DNA of 64,000 nucleotides. It comes from Adlercreutzia sp. ZJ176. GTDB taxonomy: Bacteria; Actinomycetota; Coriobacteriia; Coriobacteriales; Eggerthellaceae. How positions within the stretch are numbered: the first letter of the stretch is position 1; the number at the start of each line of letters is the position of its first letter. Made by a program: the position numbers and the translations under genes. The DNA is taken from contig NZ_JAAKEC010000015.1 in NCBI RefSeq assembly GCF_011038975.1, positions 18,501-82,500 of the forward strand, given 5' to 3'. Below are positions 39,754-56,851 of this stretch, one piece after another. The notes beneath the pieces were generated by a model. It ran no database searches and was not told the DNA's origin. It saw only the letters and a program-made list of their open reading frames with translations.

Positions 39754-42168
39754 ATGTCAACAGCGAACAGCTCGCGAGGCGGGCTCACGCGTCGAAGCTT
39801 TCTCAAGACGGCAGGGGCAGCGGCTGGCGCCGTCGGCCTTGCGGGCGCTGCCAGCATGACCAGCACGAGCGGCTGGCTGGCCCCGGCCCAGGCTCACGCC
39901 GAGCCCGAAGAGCGCGTAGCGTACACGTTCCACTATCGTCATTGCCAATGCAACTGCCATCTGAAGTGCACCGTGCGAGATGGACGCATGGTTCTGATCG
40001 AACCCAACGACTGGCCGAATAAGCGCAATGAAACCGTCTGCCTCAAAGGGATTTCGGAAATCCAGCACACGTACAGTGCCGATCGCATCCAGGCCCCTCT
40101 TAAGCGCGTAGGGGAACGTGGCAAAGGAGAGTTCGTTCAGATTACATGGGATGAGGCGTTGGATACCATCGCTGACAAGGTGAAGGAGACTTGGGAGAAA
40201 GACGGCCCTCAAGCAATAGCCTTCCAGACGGCGGTCGACTCCCTAACCACTTTTCTGCCCAAGCTCCTAAAAGGGCAGGAGAAGCCTCGTCGCGGCATAG
40301 ATATCGGTTTGGGCAATGGATTCTCTCCGGCGTTGGCTGAGTCGGGTCAGCAGGGTGCGTCTTCCAACGAGGTAACCGACTGGAAGAACGCCAAGACCAT
40401 TCTGAACGTAGGGTGCAACATGCTTGAAACCTGCATGGTCACATCAAAGTACTTCTTCGATGCGAAGGATGCGGGTTCGGAAATCATTACGATCGATCCC
40501 AACTTCTGCACTACGGCTGCGAAGAGTTCGCGTTGGATTCCCATCGTTGCCGGGACCGATCCGGCGCTCTACTTGGGAATGGTGTCTGTCATTCTCGAGA
40601 AAGGTTGGTATAACGAGAGCTATCTGAAGGTAAACACGAGTATGCCCTTCTTGGTAAAGCGCTCTGACGGATCGCTTCTGAGGCGTGATATCGTGTCTGA
40701 TGCTGCTCAGACGGGTACCGAGAACCCCTTTATGGTTTGGGATGAAGGGACGGAATCAGTTGTTGAGTACCTGGCGAACGGCGTTTCTCCAGCGTTAGAG
40801 CACGAAGCAGTCGTTGATGGTGAGGCTTACGCCACGGTATTTTCCCTGTTGAAAGAGAATCAGCGGCAGTATACGGTCGCGTGGGCCTCTGAGCTTACAG
40901 GCATTGCGGAGGAGACGCTTGTTGAACTGGCGGACAAATATGCTAACCACGGTCCTTCCATTCTCTCGTTTGGATTCGGTGGCGGCGAGAAGTTCTACAA
41001 CGCTGATGTGGCTGGCCACGCAGCAGTTTTACTTGCGACGCTCGTGGGCTCCTTCGGGACGGACGTTCCTGGTTGGGGCGCTGGTGCCTACGTGAACTCG
41101 TACCAGAAGATATTCGGCGCGGGCAAGTTTGCGAGTTGGCCTTTGCCGAGCGAGTGCAAGACCGCAAAAGCCGCCAAAGGCAGCGTAGACTGCCGAGATG
41201 ACAAAAGCGGCATCAAGTTCCTGTGGGCGCAAAATGGAGCGTTTCAGCAAGTTGCGGGAAACCAGAATCGAACCGACGAGTGGGCTCGGAGCCTTGATTT
41301 CATTGTCGTTCAGGATATTTGGCATACGCCGACGGTCGACTGGGCTGACATCGTTCTACCAGTCTGCTCTCATTTTGAGTGTGACGAGGAAATTGGCTTC
41401 GTTCGAGCCTTGCGAGGGCACGTTCTTCTGCAGCAAAGAGTCCTCGATCCCTTGTTCGAGAGCAAAACAGACTTCTGGATCGAGCGTGAGATGGCGAAAC
41501 GTCTCGGCTATGGCGACAGCATGCCCGCAAGTCAAGAAGAGCTTACCCGGTTCCAGCTAGAGAACTCCACTGACAAAGCCGTCGCAGGTATAACGCTCGA
41601 TGAGGTCGTTGCGAGCAAAGGTGTTGTGGCATTGAGAAATCAGCCCGAGATAGCACGCAGCTACAGCGGCCAGACTTATAAGACGAAGTCTGGGAAGATA
41701 GACGTGTACTATGAGGATCTCGTGAGCTATGGGCAAGCGCTTCCCACTTGGGAAGCTCCGCACGAGGCGTATGCGGGCAACGTTCTGCGGGAGCGATACC
41801 CGCTCCATATGACGCAGCGCCGATCGAGGTATTTCGTTCATCAGAACTTCATGGATGCGACGTGGATTCGCCAACACTACGATCCCGCCGTCGAGATGAA
41901 CCCTATCGACTTGGCTGCGCGCGGCTTGGTCTCAGGTGATACGGTTGAGGTGTTCAACGACAGGGGCTCGTTCAAGTGTGAATGCGTGGCGACGGAGGCT
42001 GTCTGTCCCGGTATGGCGATCATCGTTGAAGGCGTATGGCCAAAGTTCATGGTCGAGGGTAACTTGCAGAATGTGACGAACGATGCGGTGAACCCGAGGG
42101 GCAAGGCGCTTGCGAAGGGACGGGTCATTCCTTTCAATGACACGCTTGTTGAAGTCAAGAAAGCATAG
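39754..42168 (+). CDS. Molybdopterin (bis-MGD) oxidoreductase catalytic subunit, DMSO-reductase family, TAT-exported
   Basis: Twin-arginine signal RRSFLKTAGAAAGAVGLAGAA. N-terminal Fe-S Cys motif HCQCNCHLKCTVRDGRMV. MopB and C-terminal molybdopterin dinucleotide-binding regions. GGAGGAG RBS. Confidence 0.85.
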   Translation: MSTANSSRGGLTRRSFLKTAGAAAGAVGLAGAASMTSTSGWLAPAQAHAEPEERVAYTFHYRHCQCNCHLKCTVRDGRMVLIEPNDWPNKRNETVCLKGISEIQHTYSADRIQAPLKRVGERGKGEFVQITWDEALDTIADKVKETWEKDGPQAIAFQTAVDSLTTFLPKLLKGQEKPRRGIDIGLGNGFSPALAESGQQGASSNEVTDWKNAKTILNVGCNMLETCMVTSKYFFDAKDAGSEIITIDPNFCTTAAKSSRWIPIVAGTDPALYLGMVSVILEKGWYNESYLKVNTSMPFLVKRSDGSLLRRDIVSDAAQTGTENPFMVWDEGTESVVEYLANGVSPALEHEAVVDGEAYATVFSLLKENQRQYTVAWASELTGIAEETLVELADKYANHGPSILSFGFGGGEKFYNADVAGHAAVLLATLVGSFGTDVPGWGAGAYVNSYQKIFGAGKFASWPLPSECKTAKAAKGSVDCRDDKSGIKFLWAQNGAFQQVAGNQNRTDEWARSLDFIVVQDIWHTPTVDWADIVLPVCSHFECDEEIGFVRALRGHVLLQQRVLDPLFESKTDFWIEREMAKRLGYGDSMPASQEELTRFQLENSTDKAVAGITLDEVVASKGVVALRNQPEIARSYSGQTYKTKSGKIDVYYEDLVSYGQALPTWEAPHEAYAGNVLRERYPLHMTQRRSRYFVHQNFMDATWIRQHYDPAVEMNPIDLAARGLVSGDTVEVFNDRGSFKCECVATEAVCPGMAIIVEGVWPKFMVEGNLQNVTNDAVNPRGKALAKGRVIPFNDTLVEVKKA

Positions 42169-42178
42169 GTGATGCGCT

Positions 42179-42796
42179 ATGACAAAATTCGGAATGGCGA
42201 TCAACCTCGATCGCTGCATGGGCTGCAATACCTGCGCCATGGCTTGCAAGATGCAAAACAACGTGCCTATGGGCATGATGTGGAACCGTGTGATTGTTGA
42301 GGGCTGCGAGAATGAGTTCGATGCGCAAGGCACCTACCCCAACCTTGCGCGCACCTATCTCCCCATAGCTTGTCAGCATTGCGAAAACCCCGCGTGTCAG
42401 CGCGTGTGTCCGACGGGCGCTACGTACAAGGACGATAAGGGGCGCGTGCAGATCGACTACGACAAGTGCATCGGCTGTCGCATGTGCATGGCGGCCTGCC
42501 CCTACAACGCTCGCGTGTTCAACTGGAATGATCCGGTTCGCGACCCAGATTTCTGCTACGGGGATGCAGGCGTGCCGGTGCGATCCAAGGGCGTAATGGA
42601 GAAATGCACCATGTGCAAGGAGCGCACTGACCGTGGCGACGAGCCGATGTGCGTGCGCTGTTGCCCTGCGGAGGCTCGCACCTTCGGGGACCTCGATGAT
42701 CCGAGTTCCGAGGTTTCCCGCCTTATCCGCGAGAAGAGCGCCTACGTCCTGCTGCCCGAGCAGGGCACGCGCCCGCAAGTCCGTTATTTCAACTGA
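42179..42796 (+). CDS. 4Fe-4S ferredoxin-type electron-transfer subunit (DmsB/PsrB-like)
   Basis: Four Cys clusters (CMGCNTCAMAC, CQHCENPACQRVCP, CIGCRMCMAACP, CTMCKER...CVRCCP). Confidence 0.85.
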   Translation: MTKFGMAINLDRCMGCNTCAMACKMQNNVPMGMMWNRVIVEGCENEFDAQGTYPNLARTYLPIACQHCENPACQRVCPTGATYKDDKGRVQIDYDKCIGCRMCMAACPYNARVFNWNDPVRDPDFCYGDAGVPVRSKGVMEKCTMCKERTDRGDEPMCVRCCPAEARTFGDLDDPSSEVSRLIREKSAYVLLPEQGTRPQVRYFN

Positions 42797-42809
42797 GGGG
42801 GTGCTTGGA

Positions 42810-44051
42810 ATGCAAACTGCTTCACCTAAGTTCAAGATTGTCGCGGGCGTGCTCGGCGTGCTGACGGCGGCCGGCGTAGCCGCGTGGATTTACCAGCTCA
42901 TGGGCGGCCTCGGAGTCACCGGCATGAACAACGGCACGTCGTGGGGCCTCTACATCACCATGTTCATGCTGTTCGTGGGCCTTTCAGCCGGCGGCCTGAT
43001 CGTAGCCTCCTCGGCGAGCGTGTTCCACATCACGAAGTTCAAGGCCGTGGCCCTGCCCGCCATCATCCTGTCGACGGTGTGCATCTGCGCGGCCGGCATG
43101 TTCGTGCTCATCGACATGGGCGGCATCCAGCGCGTGTGGCGCATCGTCACCGGGCCGAACCCCACGTCCCCGCTGCTCTGGGATATGTGCGTGATCACCG
43201 TCTACCTGGTGCTCAACATTCTGTACCTGCTGTTCATGACCAGGTATGGCGTCGACTCCCGCAAAGTCGAGGTCGTCTCGCGTTTCGCCCTGCCAGCCGC
43301 CATCCTGGTGCACTCCGTGACGGCGTGGATTTTCGGCCTGCAGCTGGCGAAAGAGTGGTACTCGGCCATCATGGCGCCTATCTTCGTGGCGTCGGCCATG
43401 GACTCGGGACTCGCGCTTCTGCTGGTGGTGCTCGTGGCGCTTGACGCCGCAGGATGGTTCAAGTTTTCACGCGAGCTCATGAAGTCACTCGCGGGGCTGC
43501 TTGCAACTTGCATCGCGATCGACGCGTTCTTCATCGGCTGCGAGGTGCTCACCATGGCATATCCGGGCGCGAGGGGCGCCGAGGCACTGTCCATCATGCT
43601 TGGTGGTGCTACTGCCCCGTTCTTCTGGTTCGAGATCGTTGGCGGTCTGCTCGTGCCCTTCTGCGTGTTGGTGTTCGCGAAGAACCGCGCCAACGTGAAG
43701 CTCGTGGTGGCCTCGAGCGTACTGGTGGTTCTGGGCGTGCTGTGCAAGCGCGTATGGCTGCTGTTCACGAGCTTCGTGGTGCCGAACGTCTATGGCGCAC
43801 CGGGTATCGCGAGCGGCTCGTCGGCTGCTGCGCATGCGACCGGCGTCGATATGTGGGCGGCGACCAGCTCGTACGCGCCCACGTGGGTTGAGCTCGTGGT
43901 GGTTGCGGGCGTGCTGGCGCTCGGTGCGCTGGTGTTCATGCTGCTCGCTCGCAAAATGCTGGTTGAGGGAGGCGGCAAGAAGAAGGCGCAGGTCGCCTCG
44001 GCCGTCAGAAAGGAAGCTGCTTCAGCTGCTGGGGCTGAGGCTTCCGCCTAG
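42810..44051 (+). CDS. NrfD/PsrC-family membrane anchor subunit
   Basis: 413 aa with ~10 TM segments. WGLYITMFMLFVGLSAGGLIVA is the NrfD signature. It immediately follows the Fe-S subunit. Confidence 0.8.
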   Translation: MQTASPKFKIVAGVLGVLTAAGVAAWIYQLMGGLGVTGMNNGTSWGLYITMFMLFVGLSAGGLIVASSASVFHITKFKAVALPAIILSTVCICAAGMFVLIDMGGIQRVWRIVTGPNPTSPLLWDMCVITVYLVLNILYLLFMTRYGVDSRKVEVVSRFALPAAILVHSVTAWIFGLQLAKEWYSAIMAPIFVASAMDSGLALLLVVLVALDAAGWFKFSRELMKSLAGLLATCIAIDAFFIGCEVLTMAYPGARGAEALSIMLGGATAPFFWFEIVGGLLVPFCVLVFAKNRANVKLVVASSVLVVLGVLCKRVWLLFTSFVVPNVYGAPGIASGSSAAAHATGVDMWAATSSYAPTWVELVVVAGVLALGALVFMLLARKMLVEGGGKKKAQVASAVRKEAASAAGAEASA

Positions 44052-44330
44052 GATTCGGCCTGCCGTTCTTCCGGCTGCCATCCCTGCCGGGTTTTGCCTT
44101 CCCGGCTTGATGGCGCCTTCGTCCTTTCTGGCTTAGCGGGCAAGCACCCTTGCCCACCCTGATTCGACAGACAAGCCCTCCTGCCCTCCTCGGGCTTGTC
44201 TGTCGGCTTCCTCGCTTTTCCCTTTTCCGGCGAGGAGGGCCGTAATTGCGGCTTTTCGCAGTTGCGGCCTTTAGATGAGGCATGCCCTCCTGTGCCGTTC
44301 AGAAGCTCCTATCGAAGAGAAGGTTTCACT

Positions 44331-45104
44331 ATGCTCTACTCGCAAGATTGGCAAACGCTTTCCGCGGCATATGCTTTTATCGGGAACTCCCTGCTTACGC
44401 CCATGAACCAAACATCTCACGAGGGGGCAGACCCTGAGTTCTGGGTTTCCTTCCCCGACTTTGCCGACGGGGCCGTGCGCGCTGCGGCTGACAATCTCAG
44501 CGAATGGGCGCGCCGTGCCGGAGAGGCCGGTGAGGACGCTGCTGTGCAGAAGGCTGCCGTGGAGCACACTCACCTGTTCGTGGGTCCGCCCAAGCCGGCT
44601 GCTGCTCCTTGGGAGGCCTTTCACCGGGGCTCTTCTGAGGTGAGTGTGGGCTTCGGTCAGGCCACTTATGAGATGCGCGCGTTGTTGCGAGAGGCGGGCC
44701 TTGAGTTGTCGGGTCCGTCTAACCAGTATGAGGACCATATGGGCGTGGAGCTGCTTTTGCTCTCGGAGCTGTGCCGTCGAGCTGCTGAGGCTGCGTCGGC
44801 GCGACGGGCGGCTGGTCCCGAAGCCGGGTTTGCCTCTGCCCTCGAATCTGAAGCCGTGCTTGATTCCGGGTCCGATCAAGCCGCCAAGCCCGGCCTTGCT
44901 TCTGGTTCCGCCTCAACTGCCGAGTCTGCCGATGAGCTTTTTTCCTTAGAGGCGCAAGTGCGCACGTTCATCGAGGAGCATCCTCGGGCTTGGGTGGGCC
45001 GCCTCATTGAGGCCGTGCGTGCCGATGCCCCGTGCGGCTATGTTGATGGCTTGTTGGGTTTGGAGCGGGCTCTGCTTGAGTGGCATAGGCGGCAGCTTGC
45101 CTGA
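44331..45104 (+). CDS. TorD/DmsD-family redox enzyme maturation chaperone
   Basis: AAYAFIGNSLLTPMN...HTHLFVGP...EDHMGVELLLLSEL...VRTFIEEHPRAWVGRL fits the TorD-like pattern. It is placed 3' of the oxidoreductase operon. Confidence 0.65.
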   Translation: MLYSQDWQTLSAAYAFIGNSLLTPMNQTSHEGADPEFWVSFPDFADGAVRAAADNLSEWARRAGEAGEDAAVQKAAVEHTHLFVGPPKPAAAPWEAFHRGSSEVSVGFGQATYEMRALLREAGLELSGPSNQYEDHMGVELLLLSELCRRAAEAASARRAAGPEAGFASALESEAVLDSGSDQAAKPGLASGSASTAESADELFSLEAQVRTFIEEHPRAWVGRLIEAVRADAPCGYVDGLLGLERALLEWHRRQLA

Positions 45105-45310
45105 GGCTCTTTAAGGAAGGACGCCTGGGGTTTAGCTTCGGCTTTCGGCTTTCGGCTCTCGATTCTCGATTTCGGCCTCTCGTTTCGGCCCTCGCTTCGA
45201 TTTCGCCCCAGTTTTGGCCTGCAAGCTGGCTTGCAGGCTGATTTCTCACAGCGCCGTTGGACTGGTTTGCCCATGGGGTTCCCTTCGGTGGATAACCTGG
45301 AAGCCTCGTC

Positions 45311-45952
45311 TTGGCGCACTGCTTGGATGTTGTTCGCATGCTGCTTGACCTGCGTGTTTCATGCGAAGGGCAGCAGCATGCCACAGCGTTTGCTCCAAAT
45401 GGCGAGATCGCGGCGTTGATCCGCCATGTTCCCGCTGAATTTCTGCGGAGATTTGCCATATATCTGCTAGATTTAGACGTGCTTTTCGATGGCGCCGCGC
45501 CGCGACGGGCGCTTGCGCAAGTTCACGACGGCTCCGCTTCGCCTCGTGAGACCGACCTGGTGATGCGCATAGCGCTTCCAAGCAAGTGGGGAGGCTACGG
45601 CATTGGCGGAGCGCGGCTGAACCATCGCATTGAGATGGGTGCTCGAGCTCAGTCGCAGACGAGCCAGAGCTATTATGTAGCCGATATGTGCTGGCCGGAG
45701 AAGAAGCTGGTCGTTGAATACGACTCCGACCTTCACCTCACCTCGTCGGGGATCGCCCATGATGCCGCGAAGCGTCGCGCGCTGGAAGCAGCCGGATACA
45801 AAGTCATCACGGTGACCAGGCTCCAGCTTGACAGCCTGCTGGAGATGGACCGGATTGCGCGGGCGATAGCTCGCCATCTGGGGATTCGCCTTCGCCCGCA
45901 AGCTGCTGACTTCAAGCAGCGTCAAAGCGCCCTGTTCTCCGCTCGGGCATAG
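45311..45952 (+). CDS. DUF559 (Vsr-like endonuclease fold) domain protein, possibly a remnant
   Basis: The C-terminus LVVEYDSDLHLTSSGIAHDAAKRRALEAAGYKVITVTRLQL is DUF559. The N-terminal portion is poorly defined. Confidence 0.45.
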   Translation: MAHCLDVVRMLLDLRVSCEGQQHATAFAPNGEIAALIRHVPAEFLRRFAIYLLDLDVLFDGAAPRRALAQVHDGSASPRETDLVMRIALPSKWGGYGIGGARLNHRIEMGARAQSQTSQSYYVADMCWPEKKLVVEYDSDLHLTSSGIAHDAAKRRALEAAGYKVITVTRLQLDSLLEMDRIARAIARHLGIRLRPQAADFKQRQSALFSARA

Positions 45953-46059
45953 CTGCTTGCGCGGCCGGCTCCCTACGTTGTCGGCTCTCTACGCGGCCGG
46001 CTCCCTACGTTGTCAGCTCTCTGCTCTGTCGGCTCCCTGATAGGTTGTATGGGGCGCTG

Positions 46060-46270
46060 TGAGGCACTGCGGAACCGATAACGACGTTTTTTCATCCACC
46101 TCCTCGGGAAAGGTGGATGAAACGAGTCCGTTATCGGTGCCTCGAGCCTCGAAAACCACCGATAACGCGGTTTTTCCAGCCATTTTTTCCAAGAAACCAC
46201 CGATATCGGCCTCTTTTCATCCAGAATCGCCAAAGGGTGGATGGAAAACTGCCGTTATCGGTGGTCTGCT
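46060..46270. repeat. Composite hairpin repeat element, copy 2 (same family as 10920-11150)
   Basis: ccgataacg...cgttatcgg nested inverted repeats, and the shared ~60-bp block ...accaccgata(a/t)cggcctc(g/t)tttcatccagaatcgcc...ggtggatggaaaa. Confidence 0.6.
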
Positions 46271-46296
46271 TCGGGAGGGTGGGTCTCGACGGCCTG

Positions 46297-46420
46297 CTTT
46301 AGGGAGGCGGGACGGCAGCCTGCCCCGGGGGCGCGGGCGGGACGGCAGCCTGCCTCGGAAGCACGAACGGGACGGCAACCTGCCCCGGAAGCGTGAGCGG
46401 GACGGCGACTTCCCTCAGGG
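46297..46420. repeat. 30-bp direct tandem repeat, 4 units (GGGACGGCAGCCTGCC(C/T)CGGAAGC...)
   Basis: Read directly. The units are contiguous with no spacers. Confidence 0.6.
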
Positions 46421-46589
46421 CTGCTCGCGGCAGCCGTCTGCCCTGATCGCACGCGGTTTTCTCGCCTCAAACTCCAGCAAATTTCCATAGCTCGTTAAAA
46501 TTTTCCTTGACACTGTGCCGGATTCATAATATCTTAATAAATTGCAACTTTTTGCAGATTTGCGATGCGCGTGAAGGAGGAAAAGCCTC

Positions 46590-50126
<3,537 letters not shown>

Positions 50127-50128
50127 AG

Positions 50129-54532
<4,404 letters not shown>

Positions 54533-54540
54533 CTGTCAGC

Positions 54541-54578
54541 GGGAGGGGGCGCGCGAGCTTGCGCGCCCCCTCTTCTTT
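54541..54578 (+). terminator. Rho-independent terminator after rpoC
   Basis: gggggcgcgc gagctt gcgcgccccc followed by tcttcttt. Confidence 0.7.
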
Positions 54579-54640
54579 GGCGGGGGAGGCTGGCCGGCTC
54601 GCCCTTGCGAGCTTGCGGGGCACGGTGAGTCTGCCGCTGT

Positions 54641-54748
54641 GGGAGGCGGGGCGGTGCTCAGTCGCTCGAACAGTCCTGCTCGCGCGAAATGCCCGCTGGG
54701 CATTTCGGCTCGTGCGGAACTCGCTTGGTGAGCACCGCCCCGCCTCCC
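54641..54748 (+). other. Long-range RNA stem (20-bp arms) enclosing an inner hairpin, in the leader of the hisE-like gene
   Basis: gggaggcggggcggtgctca at 54641-54660 is the exact reverse complement of tgagcaccgccccgcctccc at 54729-54748. An inner hairpin cgaaatgcccgctgggcatttcg lies between the arms. Confidence 0.45.
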
Positions 54749-54778
54749 GCGACGGCAGGGTTTGACGAAGGAATGACT

Positions 54779-55198
54779 ATGGCGGTTAAGACCTATGTAC
54801 CCGAGGGCGAGGCGGTGCCCGCCTCGCAGATCGGCTCGACGCTCGAGGCGCTCGCGGCCACCATCGCGGCGCGCCGGGGCGCGGGCGCGGAGAGCTACAC
54901 GCACCAGCTTCTGTGCGGTGAGCTGGACCGGCCGCTGAAGAAGGTGGCCGAGGAGGCCGTCGAGGTGGGCCTCGCGGCGAAGGACGCCGACGCCGCCTGC
55001 GGGGCCGACCGCGACGCGGCGGTGGACCACCTGCGCTACGAGGCGGCTGACGTGGTATACCACCTGATGGTGGTTTTGGAGCGCTTCGGCATCTCGATCG
55101 ACGAGTTCGCCGCCGAGCTCAACAACCGCATGACCGACGCGGAGCGCCCTGCGGGCGCGGTCCGCTTGCACGACCGATATGTGAGAAGGGGAAAGTAA
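54779..55198 (+). CDS. Phosphoribosyl-ATP pyrophosphohydrolase-like (HisE/MazG-type all-alpha NTP-PPase)
   Basis: TLEALAATIAARRGAGAESYTHQLLCGELDRPLKKVAEEAVEVGLA...EAADVVYHLMVVLERFGISIDEF is the HisE fold. An alternative start lies at 54773. Confidence 0.7.
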   Translation: MAVKTYVPEGEAVPASQIGSTLEALAATIAARRGAGAESYTHQLLCGELDRPLKKVAEEAVEVGLAAKDADAACGADRDAAVDHLRYEAADVVYHLMVVLERFGISIDEFAAELNNRMTDAERPAGAVRLHDRYVRRGK

Positions 55199-56571
55199 TG
55201 GCCCGTCTTTTTGGAACTGACGGCGTTCGCGGCGTGGCGAACGTCGAGCTGACGAACGAGATCGCCTACCGCCTGGGGCAGGCGTCCGCCGAGTTTCTCG
55301 GCAAGACCATCGTGGTGGGCAAGGACACGCGCCTGTCGGGCGACATGCTCGAGGCGGCGCTCGTGGCCGGCATCACGAGCGCGGGCGGCACGGCGCTGCT
55401 CGCCGGCGTGATCCCCACGCCGGGCGTGGCGCTGCTGGTGCGCGAGCTCAACGCCGCGGGCGGCGTGGTCATCTCGGCCTCGCACAACCCGCCGGAGTAC
55501 AACGGCATCAAGCTCTTCGACGCCGAGGGCTTCAAGCTGCCCGACGCGGTGGAGGACGAGATCGAGGCGTTCATCACGGCGGGCGGCCTCGAGGGCCGCG
55601 TGGCGGCCGCGCGCGCGGCGGGCGATGAGGAGGCCGCGATGCCTTCTGGCCCCGACCTGGGCGTTGCCGTCGAGGTCGAGGACGCGTGCGAGATCTACGT
55701 GGAGCACGCGGTGCGCTCCATCGAGCGCCAGGGCATCAGCTTCGCCGGCATGACCATCGCGCTCGACACGGGGCACGGCGCCTCCTCGCTCACGAGCCCC
55801 GCGGCCCTCAAGCGCCTCGGCGCCGACGTGGTGGTCATCAACGACGACTACGACGGCACCGACATCAACGTGAAGTGCGGGAGCACCCACCTCGAGCCCC
55901 TGCGCGAGCTCATGGCGGAGAGCGGCGCCGACGTGGGCATCGCACACGACGGCGACGCCGACCGCGTGATGCTCATGACGCCGGCGGGCGACGAGATCGA
56001 CGGCGACATCGTGGAGGCCGTGTGCGCGCTCGACATGAAGGAGCGCGGCGCGCTCGCCGGCAACACGGCCGTGTCGACGGTGATGTGCAACCTCGGGTTC
56101 GTGCACGCCATGCGCGACGCCGGCATCGACGTGGTGCAGACCAAGGTGGGCGACCGCTACGTGCTCGAGGAGATGCGCGAGCACGGCTACGCCATCGGCG
56201 GCGAGCAGTCGGGGCACATGATCCTGCTCGAGCACAACTCCACGGGTGACGGCCTCATGACGGCCGTGCAGTTTCTGGCCGCGGTCAAGCGCTCGGGCAA
56301 GCCGGTCGAGGAGACCATCAAGGTCATGACGAAGTTCCCGCAGGTGCTCATCAACGTGCGCGTGAAGGACAAGCACGCGGTGGGCGAGAGCGCTCAGGTG
56401 GCCGAGGCCGTGGCGGCGGCGGAGGCCGCGCTCGGCGACGACGGCCGCGTGCTTCTGCGTCCCTCCGGCACCGAGCCGGTGGTGCGTGTGATGGTGGAGG
56501 CGCTCGACGAGGCCGCCGCCGACGAGCACGCGAAGGCGATCGCCGCCGTGGTCGCCAACGTGGAGGGCTAG
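55198..56571 (+). CDS. glmM: Phosphoglucosamine mutase
   Basis: MARLFGTDGVRGVAN...ISASHNPPEYNGIKLF...GIAHDGDADR...GGEQSGHMIL. Confidence 0.9.
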   Translation: MARLFGTDGVRGVANVELTNEIAYRLGQASAEFLGKTIVVGKDTRLSGDMLEAALVAGITSAGGTALLAGVIPTPGVALLVRELNAAGGVVISASHNPPEYNGIKLFDAEGFKLPDAVEDEIEAFITAGGLEGRVAAARAAGDEEAAMPSGPDLGVAVEVEDACEIYVEHAVRSIERQGISFAGMTIALDTGHGASSLTSPAALKRLGADVVVINDDYDGTDINVKCGSTHLEPLRELMAESGADVGIAHDGDADRVMLMTPAGDEIDGDIVEAVCALDMKERGALAGNTAVSTVMCNLGFVHAMRDAGIDVVQTKVGDRYVLEEMREHGYAIGGEQSGHMILLEHNSTGDGLMTAVQFLAAVKRSGKPVEETIKVMTKFPQVLINVRVKDKHAVGESAQVAEAVAAAEAALGDDGRVLLRPSGTEPVVRVMVEALDEAAADEHAKAIAAVVANVEG

Positions 56572-56641
56572 GCGTGACGCCAGCTTGACCTGCAAGTCAA
56601 GCGTGCCTGCAAGGCAAGTAAGACGCATGGGCTGGGATTGC

Positions 56642-56676
56642 ACCTGCAATCCCAGCCCTTTTGCATGCCTGCCCAT
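56642..56676 (+). terminator. Rho-independent terminator after glmM
   Basis: gggctgggattgca cc tgcaatcccagccc followed by ttttg; a perfect 14-bp stem. Confidence 0.75.
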
Positions 56677-56790
56677 GATGCTGGGGGTGTTCGTGTTCTT
56701 GGGCGTCGATGGCGCGGGGGCGCGAGCAAGCGAGTTCTGTGGTGTTGGGGCGATCCTCGCATGCGCGCCCACTTTCTTGATCTTGTCGGA

Positions 56791-56824
56791 ATTGCATATT
56801 AAAATACGTAAGATAATATGCAAT
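56791..56824. promoter_or_regulatory. 10-bp perfect inverted repeat ATTGCATATT-N14-AATATGCAAT in AT-rich promoter region of the phd/relE pair (putative TA operator)
   Basis: Read directly. A TATAAT-like box (tttataat) follows. It lies 28 bp upstream of the antitoxin start. Confidence 0.5.
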
Positions 56825-56851
56825 TTATAATGCCCTACAAGGAGGACCAAC

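Noticed and set aside
46297-46420. Possible CRISPR array
   Set aside because: The four 30-bp repeats are directly contiguous with no unique spacers. No cas genes are nearby. It is a simple tandem repeat.
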